Assembly (NCBI GenBank): GCA_018221105.1
Contig: JAAOYA010000006.1
Span: forward strand, 1-32,834
Origin: Candidatus Woesearchaeota archaeon
Lineage (GTDB): Archaea; Nanobdellota; Nanobdellia; Woesearchaeales; JAAOYA01
Length of the DNA stretch: 32,834 nt
Direction of reading: 5' to 3'
The position numbers were made by a program, and so were the translations under genes. The stretch's first letter is position 1. Every line of letters begins with the position of its first letter. The notes below the pieces were generated by a model that did not search any database, was not told the DNA's origin, and saw only the letters and a program-made list of their open reading frames with translations. Positions 1 through 9,380 of the stretch are shown here, in pieces.

Positions 1-336
1 ATTAACATTACAAAAACGCATTTTTTCTTGATAGCTACAATTATGGCTCTTTTGGCGGCTGGAGTTCTAACAATTGCTTATGGTAGCGGTCACACAGCAG
101 ATTATGTAGGTCATACTTTAAACGAGTTACAAGGTGCCGACAGTGATGGTGACGGAGTGATAGACAACATAGAACTCGGTAGAAATAATTGTGCGTGGAC
201 TACAGAATCAAGATGTAATCAATGTGTAAGAGAATATTTTTGTGGCGCTGGAGAATACGTTGCGGGAGTTCGACACGTAAGCTCGGGAGAAACCCACTTA
301 GACTCCGTCCAAGTTTATTGTTGTTCTGTAAAATAG
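1..336 (+). CDS. Small secreted/membrane-anchored Cys-rich protein, 5'-truncated by the window edge
   Basis: The frame is open from base 1 (INITKTHFFLIATIMALLAAGVLTIAYG), so the true start lies upstream. It has a hydrophobic signal, a GHTLNEL motif, a DSDGDGVID Ca-binding-like loop and a C-terminal C..GEYVAG...YCC module. Confidence 0.7.
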   Translation: MNITKTHFFLIATIMALLAAGVLTIAYGSGHTADYVGHTLNELQGADSDGDGVIDNIELGRNNCAWTTESRCNQCVREYFCGAGEYVAGVRHVSSGETHLDSVQVYCCSVK

Positions 337-344
337 TTTTTTTC

Positions 345-360
345 ACAAACCTTTAAATAA
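345..360 (+). promoter_or_regulatory. Archaeal BRE/TATA promoter for rpp30 (probably leaderless mRNA)
   Basis: ACAAACC-TTTAAATA ends 22 nt before the ATG at 382, with no SD. A T7 run (337-343) upstream may terminate the previous gene. Confidence 0.6.
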
Positions 361-381
361 AAAAATTCTAGTTCTAATAGT

Positions 382-984
382 ATGTTTGAAGACATAGTAC
401 TGCCACAAGACAATGAACAAGAGCTTGCCAGCATGGCAAAAAAACTAGGATATGACAAGTTATGGCTAGCTTATAGCATAAAAGATTATGAGGGAAAAAA
501 AGACACTGCAAAAAAAATCAAAGACTTGAACTGTCAAGCCTGCATTATATGCGAGCAAAAAGACTTGCAAAAAGCACAAAAGCACAAAACTTTGATTATA
601 GTAAAAAATAGTGATAAGAATCGTCAAGTAATAGAAAAGTCAAAAGCAAACTACATAGTGGGAATTGAACAAGTAGAGCGCAATGACGCAATGCACCACC
701 GCCATAGTGGCATCAATCAAGTGCTAGCAAAACTATTAAAACAAAAAAACAAAGGCTTAATCTTTTCACTAGCAGACATTTTTGAAAGTGATAAGCAATC
801 ACAACTCTTGGGTCGGATAAGTCAAAACATCAAATTCGCACGAAAATTTCAGTTCAAAACAAAAATAGCAAGTTTTGCAAGCAACCCTTATTCTATGAGA
901 GCGCCAAAAGATTTGATAAGCCTGTTCATTTCATTAGGTATGTCGCCAGGAGAAGCAAAAAAATCTTTAGAAAACATAAAATAA
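382..984 (+). CDS. rnp3: Ribonuclease P protein subunit p30 (Rpp30)
   Basis: 200 aa with the archaeal Rpp30-like motifs MAKKLGY, NRQVIE, HHRHSGINQVLAKL, QNIKFARKF and ASFASNPYSMRAPKDLISL..LGM. Confidence 0.85.
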   Translation: MFEDIVLPQDNEQELASMAKKLGYDKLWLAYSIKDYEGKKDTAKKIKDLNCQACIICEQKDLQKAQKHKTLIIVKNSDKNRQVIEKSKANYIVGIEQVERNDAMHHRHSGINQVLAKLLKQKNKGLIFSLADIFESDKQSQLLGRISQNIKFARKFQFKTKIASFASNPYSMRAPKDLISLFISLGMSPGEAKKSLENIK

Positions 985-1248
985 TACGACAACCAACAAA
1001 ATCATCAAAGTAGAATACACCATTGCAATGTGCTTATTATTGAACAAAAAATTATCAAACAAACTACTATGATGGTGTACTATAAGATTTTTATTAACAA
1101 TTGATTGTTCCTTAAAGGCTTTCTTGATTATATTATCAACATTTTTAGTATCATGATCTAATGCCAGCATTGCACTGCGAAGTTTTTGTGGACTAAAACC
1201 CTTTTGTAAGCCAGTTCTAGCGTATTCGAGCAAAATTTTACTTGTCAT
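967..1248 (-). CDS. Hypothetical protein with C-terminal transmembrane helix
   Basis: 93 aa. The N-terminal small helical motif (LLEYARTGLQKGFSPQKLRSAML) is of a type common in DPANN membrane proteins. It has a hydrophobic C-terminus and a TATA-like element upstream on the minus strand. Confidence 0.65.
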   Translation of the reverse strand: MTSKILLEYARTGLQKGFSPQKLRSAMLALDHDTKNVDNIIKKAFKEQSIVNKNLIVHHHSSLFDNFLFNNKHIAMVYSTLMILLVVVLFYVF

Positions 1249-1273
1249 GAAGTTTTCTATTGAATGGCGCTTG

Positions 1274-1326
1274 CTTAAATACTTTTTGATTAGTTTTAGA
1301 CGGCAAAAAGTGGAAATCTTTAAATA
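1274..1326. promoter_or_regulatory. Divergent pair of archaeal TATA promoters
   Basis: Minus strand CAAAAAG-TATTTAAG (1288-1274) lies about 26 nt before the ATG at 1248. Plus strand GAAATC-TTTAAATA (1313-1326) lies upstream of GAGGA and the ATG at 1372. Confidence 0.5.
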
Positions 1327-1371
1327 CTACAACCATCACAACAAAACACAAGCAACAAAAGAGGATAAACA

Positions 1372-3558
1372 ATGCGCTCACAGACAAAAAAAATAGTAAT
1401 ACTTCTAACAATACTAACACTATTAATTGCTACCAGCGCAACAGCAAAAATCGCGTTTGTGCCATTGCCATTAGAAGAAACTTATGTTATTGGACCGCTA
1501 GAGAACACTGCTGAATACACTGGTGGTGATGAATGTGATAGAAGCGGAGGTTACCGTTTTGACTGTGAGCCAACATGCGATGTACACTTTTTATCAAATA
1601 GGGCGTTACAGTATAAGCCGGTCCACTTAAAAGATGAAATAGGAACAATTCAAAGTGTGAGATTTGCAAGATACGAGTGTACTGCTACATCAACTGATTC
1701 TGATGGATTAGTTTCTTGTTCAACCTATGGTTGGGTAACTAGAACTTTACTCGCAACTAACTACGACCCAGATACCACAATCAGAATGGGAGACACAAGT
1801 GATTCAAACAATGGCATTAATTGTTGGGCTTACAAAGTAGCAGATGTAGACTTAGATAATGATGGTCTTTTAGCATGTACTGCTGAAGAACTAGCAAAGC
1901 CAATAAACGAGCGTGTCACTTGCGATTGTGATGATAGTGATAGCGCAAAAAATAATGTTGAAATATGCGAAGATACTATAGATAATGATTGTGATACTGC
2001 AACAAGCGATAGCCTTGATGATGGACAATGCGTTGCCACTTGTGCTCTAGCAGAAGCCGGAAGTTTTTTTGCAGGGGGCAAAATTTGTGCAGAAGAAGAA
2101 TTATACTCTAACATTTTCAATTATTTTCCGGCAGGAACACAAGGATTATTTAGTACCAAATCATCAGTTGACAGCACAAACGTCAATGTTTTTGATGCTA
2201 TAAGTGACGGTGCTAACTGGCACAAATGCATAGCTAACACTGATAGAACAACAACTTGGGTGCACCAAGATTCAACAACAAGCCCTGGCGGACCTTCAAC
2301 AAACGCCATACCTGATTGTGCAATAAACTGTGATAATGCCTTTTTTATAGGAAGTTCTCAAAACAATCAAGGAAGTCTAGGAGGCGGACAAACACCCACA
2401 AGCATACAAGTGGTCAGTTCTAACTCATTGTTAGATAATATTTTAACAACAGAACAAGCCACAGAACCTGTCGACCCAACACTTGATGATAATCAAACAG
2501 ATACAGGCCAAGAAAGCGAAACAAACCCACGACAACTTGATGAAATATTGCCTGATGCTTCAACAGACTTTAACGATGTGAAAAATCGCTTTAATTGTTA
2601 CTATGAAGATGGCATAGAAAATAATGTTATAACACCAAAAGGAGTGATAGCAGAATGTTGCGGTGACAGTTTTGATGATTGCACCCAATCGAACACTCAA
2701 TACACACAATTAAACCCTAACACTAAAATACGCCGCTCAGGAATGACACCACAAATACTACAAGATTATTATGGTGGAGCAACAGAGAATGCAGTACTGC
2801 AATTATTATTTAATAGTGATTATACTTCTGGACCGTACGCTTTTAGCATTCCACATTATTGGGAAGGTGTTAACTACCAAAATGCTAATAGTATTCCATC
2901 ACTAAGAATCACTAACTGGCAAGACTATCAAAACCTAGAATTTGATATTTTCTTGCTAACAAGCAATGAATTAAAATTGATGATTTACAAAGATGATGGC
3001 ACACATGACTTTTTGGATGATATTAACTCTTATGTTCAAGGAGGAGACACTAACCCAAACATTGTGTTTAATGATAAACTAATAGCTTATTCGACAAACG
3101 GTAATGAACTTGGACGATGGCATCATATTAAAATACCTTTAAGTTTGATAGACACTGCAGAACCAATAGCTTTTTTATCATTGAGCGTGGATAACAATGT
3201 TCTGCGATCAAATGTTGAACAAACCTTTGGCAATGATAGACCATTTCAGTCAGAAACAGGAGTTAATATAATAAATGTGATAGGCCTTGACAGACTAATA
3301 CTAACAAATGTTGACACGCAAATTTGTGCAGGAGATACTAATCTTAACTGGATTACAAATGATTTAGACCAGGACGCTTGGGCCTGCAACGGCGTAACAA
3401 GTTTTGGTCACACAGGACTAACAGGACAAGACGCTTGCTGTGGTGATGATGGAGATTTCAATACCAAAGAGTATTCTTCAGGCGGAGATTATGGCGGTTG
3501 TTGGAATAACAACTATGTAGCTGAAGATACAATAATTCCAATAATACTAAGACAATGA
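1372..3558 (+). CDS. Large secreted Cys/Asp-rich surface protein with MopE-like metal-binding motif and CBM11-like carbohydrate-binding domain
   Basis: 728 aa with a Sec-type signal (KKIVILLTILTLLIATSATA) and the motif DLDNDG..DCDDSD..EICEDTIDNDCD. NWQDYQNLEFDI...WHHIKIPL...LDRLIL resembles a galactose-binding-like fold. It also contains CCGD motifs. Confidence 0.75.
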   Translation: MRSQTKKIVILLTILTLLIATSATAKIAFVPLPLEETYVIGPLENTAEYTGGDECDRSGGYRFDCEPTCDVHFLSNRALQYKPVHLKDEIGTIQSVRFARYECTATSTDSDGLVSCSTYGWVTRTLLATNYDPDTTIRMGDTSDSNNGINCWAYKVADVDLDNDGLLACTAEELAKPINERVTCDCDDSDSAKNNVEICEDTIDNDCDTATSDSLDDGQCVATCALAEAGSFFAGGKICAEEELYSNIFNYFPAGTQGLFSTKSSVDSTNVNVFDAISDGANWHKCIANTDRTTTWVHQDSTTSPGGPSTNAIPDCAINCDNAFFIGSSQNNQGSLGGGQTPTSIQVVSSNSLLDNILTTEQATEPVDPTLDDNQTDTGQESETNPRQLDEILPDASTDFNDVKNRFNCYYEDGIENNVITPKGVIAECCGDSFDDCTQSNTQYTQLNPNTKIRRSGMTPQILQDYYGGATENAVLQLLFNSDYTSGPYAFSIPHYWEGVNYQNANSIPSLRITNWQDYQNLEFDIFLLTSNELKLMIYKDDGTHDFLDDINSYVQGGDTNPNIVFNDKLIAYSTNGNELGRWHHIKIPLSLIDTAEPIAFLSLSVDNNVLRSNVEQTFGNDRPFQSETGVNIINVIGLDRLILTNVDTQICAGDTNLNWITNDLDQDAWACNGVTSFGHTGLTGQDACCGDDGDFNTKEYSSGGDYGGCWNNNYVAEDTIIPIILRQ

Positions 3559-6257
3559 ACAAAAAAATAATATTAAAACTGGTAACAAGTTCACTATTAG
3601 TTTTACTACTAATGATTATACTATCAAGTTTTGTAACAGCTGCGGGCGGGTGTGCAGATTTTAATAATAATGGTGAAGTAGACGTTGAGCGATTATTCGA
3701 TACTTACCCGCGATGTTATAATGGGTGGGGTGATGAGCGCAATAAATGGTTAAATTGTGGCAGTGAAGATACTGTAGCTTTTTGCAATACTCAATGTGTT
3801 GGCATGGGCTACGATGGCGCTAGAGCAATGGACTGTATTCAAGGATCTGACAGCCCTTGGGGTTGTTCATTAGACCCTTATATTTCATACTTGCAATGTA
3901 CTTGTTATGATGACAGATATTCAGACCTTTGGTATTTAGAAAGGTATTATGGTAGAACAGGAATAACTTATTCAAGCGGCTATAATAGGTATGACTTGAA
4001 CAACGATGGTTCAATCAATGTAAATGATAGAACAGAAGTTTTCAACGTGCAAAGAACTACTTATCCTTCAAGCGAGCCAGAAATATGTGACGGTCTAGAT
4101 AATGATTGTGATCGTACAGTTGACGAAACCTGTGATGATGATAATGATAATTACTGTGATGATTTAATAACCTATGATGGTGATGCTGCAACTTGTACTA
4201 GAGGACAAAACGATTGTAATGATCAAGACCGATTAATTCCAAGCGGTGAAAGTTGTATGGACTTCATAGACAATGACTGTGACGGCCTAATTGACTTTCA
4301 AGACCTTGATTGTCACGTTGACCTTGATAACGATGGTTTTAACGCAACAATTGATTGTGATGATAGTAATATAAACATTAACCCTGCAGTTCGCGAACTA
4401 CAAGGCAACGGTATTGATGATAATTGTAATGGTGATATTGACGAAGACCCTAATAGATTACTAGATTGTTCTTTTACCCAAAATAATATTCTTTGCCAAG
4501 CAGATGAACTGTGCGTATTGAAATTATCAGATACTTTTAATGCTCAAGCTTCAACATGTCAAAGCAATTACCCGAACAGTTTATGTTGTAAAGCTGATGG
4601 TGTAACATTAAATGTTACAGACTTAAATCCTTTCATAAGATTATCAAGTGCTACAAATGCCCACTTGCAAGCAGGAGATTATCCAAACCAAGCAGAACAC
4701 TACCCAGTGCCAATAGGTCTTAGTGCTGGAGCCGAAAATCCAGTAGTTTGTCGCACAACAAGAGACGCTTGCACACCACAAGAAGAACATATGCTATCAA
4801 TAAATGATGAAACAAATGCTCACGGAGCAATTGGAGATGATTATGATGTGAAAGTCTGCTGTAAGTTTGGAACACGCACTAACCTATTGTATTATGGTGG
4901 AGGATTTTTGAGTTGCAACCAAGAAGACACATTAGAAAGCATTCGTGACGAGTTCGAAGCTAATGGCTTAGCACGTGGCGATGTTGATAATAGAAACACT
5001 TGTGATGCTGTAGGAACACACTTTTGTGATGGTAACCAGTGGAGCCAAGAAGGAGTACAAGACACAATAGAAGACATTTATTATCCTGCAATGAACAGAA
5101 CAGAGACCAAAACATGGAGAGGTTCTTCAGGTGGCGAAGGTTGTTGCCCAGAAAGCTTTTGCTGGTACGGATTAGGACAGAATTGTCAGTACAGCCAACA
5201 AAAAGATCCATTAGAAGCAGCTTACAATAATGGCAGTACAACAGTGCGTTGTATTAGTGGAGAGTGGGAAGAAGCCATTGAGCGAACAACACCTGACGGT
5301 TCAACAGGATATTGTCCTAGAACAACTGATTGTTTAATTAATCCAAACGGTGATTATGAACAAAATTATATTTTAGAAAATGGCAGTCAAGCACAATGCT
5401 TAGAAAACGGCCAAAGCTATGAAAACAGTTATTGTAATGCTGGTGTGTGGACTGACATGAGCACTTTAGTGGCGATAGAATTGCTTGAAACAATAAACGA
5501 CGCGAGCACTGATTTCACATTATACTGTGATACTTATGACGAAGTTGCCAACCAGCGCAACTATCAAGTTGCAGGCGCTGGAGTGCCTGATGATTATTTT
5601 GCTACAGGACAAAAAGTTTGTACAATAGTATTTGATGACGGACGCGTTGGTTTAGGCTTTTACGCAGAAGATCTTTCATCAGCAATAGTAATAGCGACAA
5701 ATCAGAACACTTCAATCAATCCTATTGGTTTTGGCTATCCTTTTGAAAACGTTTGCTTTGCAAGATTGATGACTCCTGGTATTACTGGTTTTAGAATTTG
5801 CACTGATTACAATGATGGCGGTTTATTAGATATTAACAAAGTATTGTATTATGATTCAGCAACAAAAATCTTTATGGTGGCAAACAGTGATGTTGGACTT
5901 GCAGATTCAACAGCTGTAGGAACACTACTTGACTTGTTTACTAATCCAATACTTTACTTTTACAATAAAGCAGAATTTGCATTGACAGGTATTGATTACC
6001 CTGCAGAAATGCCAGAAGACTTTGACAAGTTTTACATCAATAAAAAAGACACTAAAAGAATTGTAGGGCATTCTACGACTGGTGGTCAAATAAATGTTAC
6101 TTATTATGGTTTTAACACAGGAATTTGTGAATTGCTCGCAAACAAAGAAGCAATAACCTGTGATGATACTACAACAAGCAGTATCACAACAATAACTGAT
6201 GATGGAACATCAATCAATAATTGGCCATTACTAACTACTAATTTACGAATAAAATAA
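3555..6257 (+). CDS. Large secreted Cys/Asp-rich surface protein (dockerin/EF-hand-like loops, MopE-like repeats, triple 'LSxxTNAH' module)
   Basis: 900 aa, ATGA overlap with the upstream gene, signal peptide. Motifs: DFNNNGEVD and DLNNDGSINVND loops; repeats EICDGLDNDCD, ESCMDFIDNDCD and GNGIDDNCNGDIDE. Confidence 0.8.
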   Translation: MNKKIILKLVTSSLLVLLLMIILSSFVTAAGGCADFNNNGEVDVERLFDTYPRCYNGWGDERNKWLNCGSEDTVAFCNTQCVGMGYDGARAMDCIQGSDSPWGCSLDPYISYLQCTCYDDRYSDLWYLERYYGRTGITYSSGYNRYDLNNDGSINVNDRTEVFNVQRTTYPSSEPEICDGLDNDCDRTVDETCDDDNDNYCDDLITYDGDAATCTRGQNDCNDQDRLIPSGESCMDFIDNDCDGLIDFQDLDCHVDLDNDGFNATIDCDDSNININPAVRELQGNGIDDNCNGDIDEDPNRLLDCSFTQNNILCQADELCVLKLSDTFNAQASTCQSNYPNSLCCKADGVTLNVTDLNPFIRLSSATNAHLQAGDYPNQAEHYPVPIGLSAGAENPVVCRTTRDACTPQEEHMLSINDETNAHGAIGDDYDVKVCCKFGTRTNLLYYGGGFLSCNQEDTLESIRDEFEANGLARGDVDNRNTCDAVGTHFCDGNQWSQEGVQDTIEDIYYPAMNRTETKTWRGSSGGEGCCPESFCWYGLGQNCQYSQQKDPLEAAYNNGSTTVRCISGEWEEAIERTTPDGSTGYCPRTTDCLINPNGDYEQNYILENGSQAQCLENGQSYENSYCNAGVWTDMSTLVAIELLETINDASTDFTLYCDTYDEVANQRNYQVAGAGVPDDYFATGQKVCTIVFDDGRVGLGFYAEDLSSAIVIATNQNTSINPIGFGYPFENVCFARLMTPGITGFRICTDYNDGGLLDINKVLYYDSATKIFMVANSDVGLADSTAVGTLLDLFTNPILYFYNKAEFALTGIDYPAEMPEDFDKFYINKKDTKRIVGHSTTGGQINVTYYGFNTGICELLANKEAITCDDTTTSSITTITDDGTSINNWPLLTTNLRIK

Positions 6258-6273
6258 ATCTTAGTACTATGAA

Positions 6274-9200
6274 ATGTTATATGATAAAAGGTCACAACTC
6301 ACAGCATTTGTTCTTATAGGAATAGTTCTAGTGATAGTGTTCGGATTCTTGTTTTTTACTGCTACGATAGTATCAAAAAATCGTGTACAACGACAAGTTG
6401 ACAAAGCATTCGAAGACCTAATACAAACAACAGCACTAAAAGAATACATAACACAATGTGTTGAACAAACAAGCGCTGAAGCAATAACACTTATTGGATT
6501 GCAAGGCGGAAAACTATACGTTCATCAAGGAGGATTAATGAATCAAGGGTTTAAAGGTTATGATTACATACCATTTAATTACAATAATAAAACATACAAT
6601 GTCAGTTATGCAATAAAAAATCCTGCAACTTATGATAATATAACTACTTATAAAGTTCCAGAATATCCGTTACCACAAACAAACCTTTCAAATATTTTAA
6701 GAAAAAGACCTTGGGCAGTAGTTGATGGTTTATACCAACAAGCATTAGGATGGCAGGGATTACCGGACTTGTGCGATGATCAAGGACCGAACAAGTATTT
6801 AGCAACACTTCGCTACCCGGGATGCGATCACGAACTGTATAATAATCAAAGCACAGTACAACAACAACTAGCGTATTACATTGCCAATAGAACACAATAC
6901 TGTGTAGACTTTGACAGTATTAGCACTATAAAATCAACTTATAATATTACAGAAGGCAATGCCAGCGCGCAAGTAACACTTGGTGATGAAGACATAATTG
7001 TAAAACTAGTTTTTCCAATACACTTTGAAAAAAAAGGTTATAAACCAGTCATTAGACTGGCAGAATTCTCAACAGTTATTGATGCACGACTAAAAAAAGT
7101 GTATTCTTACGCTTACTACTTATCAAAAAAAGACATGCGAGATATAGAATTTAATACTAACACAGAGTACGAAGATGTTAATCTTGGCTGGGACGGTCAA
7201 ATGATAGTTAGGCGTTACAACAAACCATGCACTAATTGTGTTCCAGAACACTACAGGCACGCTGACATAATACAAATAATTGACAACGCGTCAAACATTA
7301 ACGGTCAAAAACTAGTATTTCAAGCAGCACTAGAAAACCGTTACCCAGCACTTGATTATATTCACACATTAGGATTTTATGATATTATAGCAATGGAAAA
7401 TGATACATTACACTTAGAACCATATGGTATTGATCCTGATGAAGATAACATAACATATAATTATTCTGGGTGGAAAGAAACCTGGAATGATGTTTTTGAT
7501 AAATTATGTTGTGATAGTGTTGATTGCACTAGTGACCCGGGAGCTTGCACGCTCACAAATAGTTTAGTAAGACCTTATAATTGGACTGGTTCACAACAAT
7601 ACCAAAATACTCAACAAAACGCGACATACACTATAACAAAAAATGATTTAGGATTACATTATACAAAAGTATTAGTTTGTGATGATAGTGGATTGTGTGA
7701 TTGGCAAGATGTTAGCATACTAGTTTTTGATGTTCCAAGTGCTTTTTTGAACGGCTCAAACCCTTACCCTGACATTCCGTCAACTAAAGGTAGTGTTGAA
7801 GATTTTTACTTGCTTGACGCTACTCAAAGTTTTGCGTATATTTCACAAGTTATAAGTTATCTTTACTGTGATAATGACGGTCCGTCACCTCCACTTAGTA
7901 ATTGTTTAGAACACCCGATTGCAACTTATCAACTTCCGCCACAGCCTGATATTGAAAGAATAAAAACACAGCAAGGATTTTTATCAACACAACCTGACAG
8001 CGGACATGAATTAAGTGTTGGTTACAGGACAGGTTTTGTCACAAGCACCGCAACTCTTATAGTGGAAGTTGAACAATGTTTACCTCATCGCAATCCTACA
8101 AGAGCGCCATATCCTTATAATACAAGTGACGGGTTTCAAGCAGATCATAATTGTTGCGCTGACGATTACACTTATGAAAGTGTTGACACTAACTGTTATA
8201 ATTATACAGTTTACGGTGGCAACATGAGTTTTGATGAAAACAAATTTCGAAGTACCGGTTTAGCACCAAACCCTTACAATTTAATTTATACTAATATGCC
8301 GCTCGCAAATATTGAAGATGCAAAAAATGATATTTATAGGAGATACTTTGAGCGTGATTGTTCAGGACAACGCGGTAACGTGTGCGATGGTAATGCAATT
8401 GACACACGAGAAAACATTGAAGATTGTGATGATTTAGAATTGCCAGGGCAAACAAGGCGATGTGCTGGGCCACCAACAAATTATTTATTGGCAAATAGTG
8501 CTACAACAAATTCAGCATTACAATGTACTTATTATACTGGTCAAACTTTTGAAAGTTTATACCAATCAGAATCAACAGTTTGTAATGAAAACTGGGAGTG
8601 CTCAGCAAGTACATATAATGATGGCGGTGTATATGCTGCGCAAGCTACTTGTAGCGGAACAAATAGTGGTTGTACTACTCCAGCGAACAGTCAATGCGCA
8701 GATAGTGACGTGTTAGATGGCAATGGTCAAGGAATTGCTTGTGGTGCTAGTTGTGATGGTCCTGAAGATTATTATCGCGTTGGAACAACTTGCAATTATG
8801 GGTGTACTAGCAATTGCAATTATAGAACTACTTCAACAGTTTGCCAAAACTCTCAAAACTATTGTTTAAGCGGAAATTATTGTTATTATGATGTTCAATG
8901 TCCTCCTGCAAGTGGCGGGGCAGTACAAACAGGCGAGTATTGTCCAAGCCCAGGAACTTTTAACGCTGCAAGCCAAACATGTTATTATGGAACTCAAAAC
9001 TGTAACAGTGCAGGAAATTGCATTTTAAACACCCAAGTATGCAATACTGTTGCAACAAACATAACAAACACTTGTTATCACCTGCCAGTTGGCGTGAGCA
9101 ATGTATGCGATGGAGCGAGCGGTTGCACTGTCATAACAAGCACTATGCCAACATCGTGTTCTCTTGGTAGTAGAGTATATTCTGGTGCTAGCAGTGACGG

Positions 9201-9294
9201 GTTTGAGTGCAACACTAACGGTTGGAGTTGCGCTAGAGTGCCATCAAGCTATGTGAGTTGTTATGACACAAGCCTTGGAGGTCCTTGCACATGA
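6274..9294 (+). CDS. Large class III signal peptide (prepilin-like) protein with Ig/PKD-like middle and Cys-rich C-terminus; candidate pilus adhesin
   Basis: 1006 aa. N-terminus KRS|QLTAFVLIGIVLVIVFGFLFF, followed by YITQCVE..AITLIGLQGG. ENRYPALD...DPDED is an Ig/cadherin-like segment. The last third is very Cys-rich, and N-x-S/T sequons are numerous. Confidence 0.8.
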   Translation: MLYDKRSQLTAFVLIGIVLVIVFGFLFFTATIVSKNRVQRQVDKAFEDLIQTTALKEYITQCVEQTSAEAITLIGLQGGKLYVHQGGLMNQGFKGYDYIPFNYNNKTYNVSYAIKNPATYDNITTYKVPEYPLPQTNLSNILRKRPWAVVDGLYQQALGWQGLPDLCDDQGPNKYLATLRYPGCDHELYNNQSTVQQQLAYYIANRTQYCVDFDSISTIKSTYNITEGNASAQVTLGDEDIIVKLVFPIHFEKKGYKPVIRLAEFSTVIDARLKKVYSYAYYLSKKDMRDIEFNTNTEYEDVNLGWDGQMIVRRYNKPCTNCVPEHYRHADIIQIIDNASNINGQKLVFQAALENRYPALDYIHTLGFYDIIAMENDTLHLEPYGIDPDEDNITYNYSGWKETWNDVFDKLCCDSVDCTSDPGACTLTNSLVRPYNWTGSQQYQNTQQNATYTITKNDLGLHYTKVLVCDDSGLCDWQDVSILVFDVPSAFLNGSNPYPDIPSTKGSVEDFYLLDATQSFAYISQVISYLYCDNDGPSPPLSNCLEHPIATYQLPPQPDIERIKTQQGFLSTQPDSGHELSVGYRTGFVTSTATLIVEVEQCLPHRNPTRAPYPYNTSDGFQADHNCCADDYTYESVDTNCYNYTVYGGNMSFDENKFRSTGLAPNPYNLIYTNMPLANIEDAKNDIYRRYFERDCSGQRGNVCDGNAIDTRENIEDCDDLELPGQTRRCAGPPTNYLLANSATTNSALQCTYYTGQTFESLYQSESTVCNENWECSASTYNDGGVYAAQATCSGTNSGCTTPANSQCADSDVLDGNGQGIACGASCDGPEDYYRVGTTCNYGCTSNCNYRTTSTVCQNSQNYCLSGNYCYYDVQCPPASGGAVQTGEYCPSPGTFNAASQTCYYGTQNCNSAGNCILNTQVCNTVATNITNTCYHLPVGVSNVCDGASGCTVITSTMPTSCSLGSRVYSGASSDGFECNTNGWSCARVPSSYVSCYDTSLGGPCT

Positions 9295-9311
9295 CATTCG
9301 ACGATAAATTA

Positions 9312-9356
9312 GAAAGTTTTTTAAAGGTGTACAGTCCAAAAAATCTTATTATAAAG
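9312..9356 (+). promoter_or_regulatory. Candidate TATA promoter(s) for the 9381 giant-protein operon
   Basis: GAAAG-TTTTTTAAA (9312-9325) and AAAATCTTA-TTATAAA (ending 9355) lie in the 86 nt gap after the stop at 9294. GGTG at 9372-9375 precedes the ATG at 9381. Confidence 0.45.
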
Positions 9357-9380
9357 ACTAAACACTGCACTGGTGCAACA

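Noticed and set aside
3400..4920. 1372 and 3555 ORFs as a frameshifted single gene or pseudogene
   Set aside because: The second ORF has its own complete signal peptide and a clean ATGA overlap. An ancestral split cannot be excluded but is not demonstrable here.
9285..9380. Longer N-terminus for the 2019-aa ORF (similarly the track starts at 18990, 20364, 21692, 22103, 27120 and 31273)
   Set aside because: Downstream ATGs give proper signal peptides, SD motifs or ATGA coupling. The extension at 9285 also spans promoter-like sequence.
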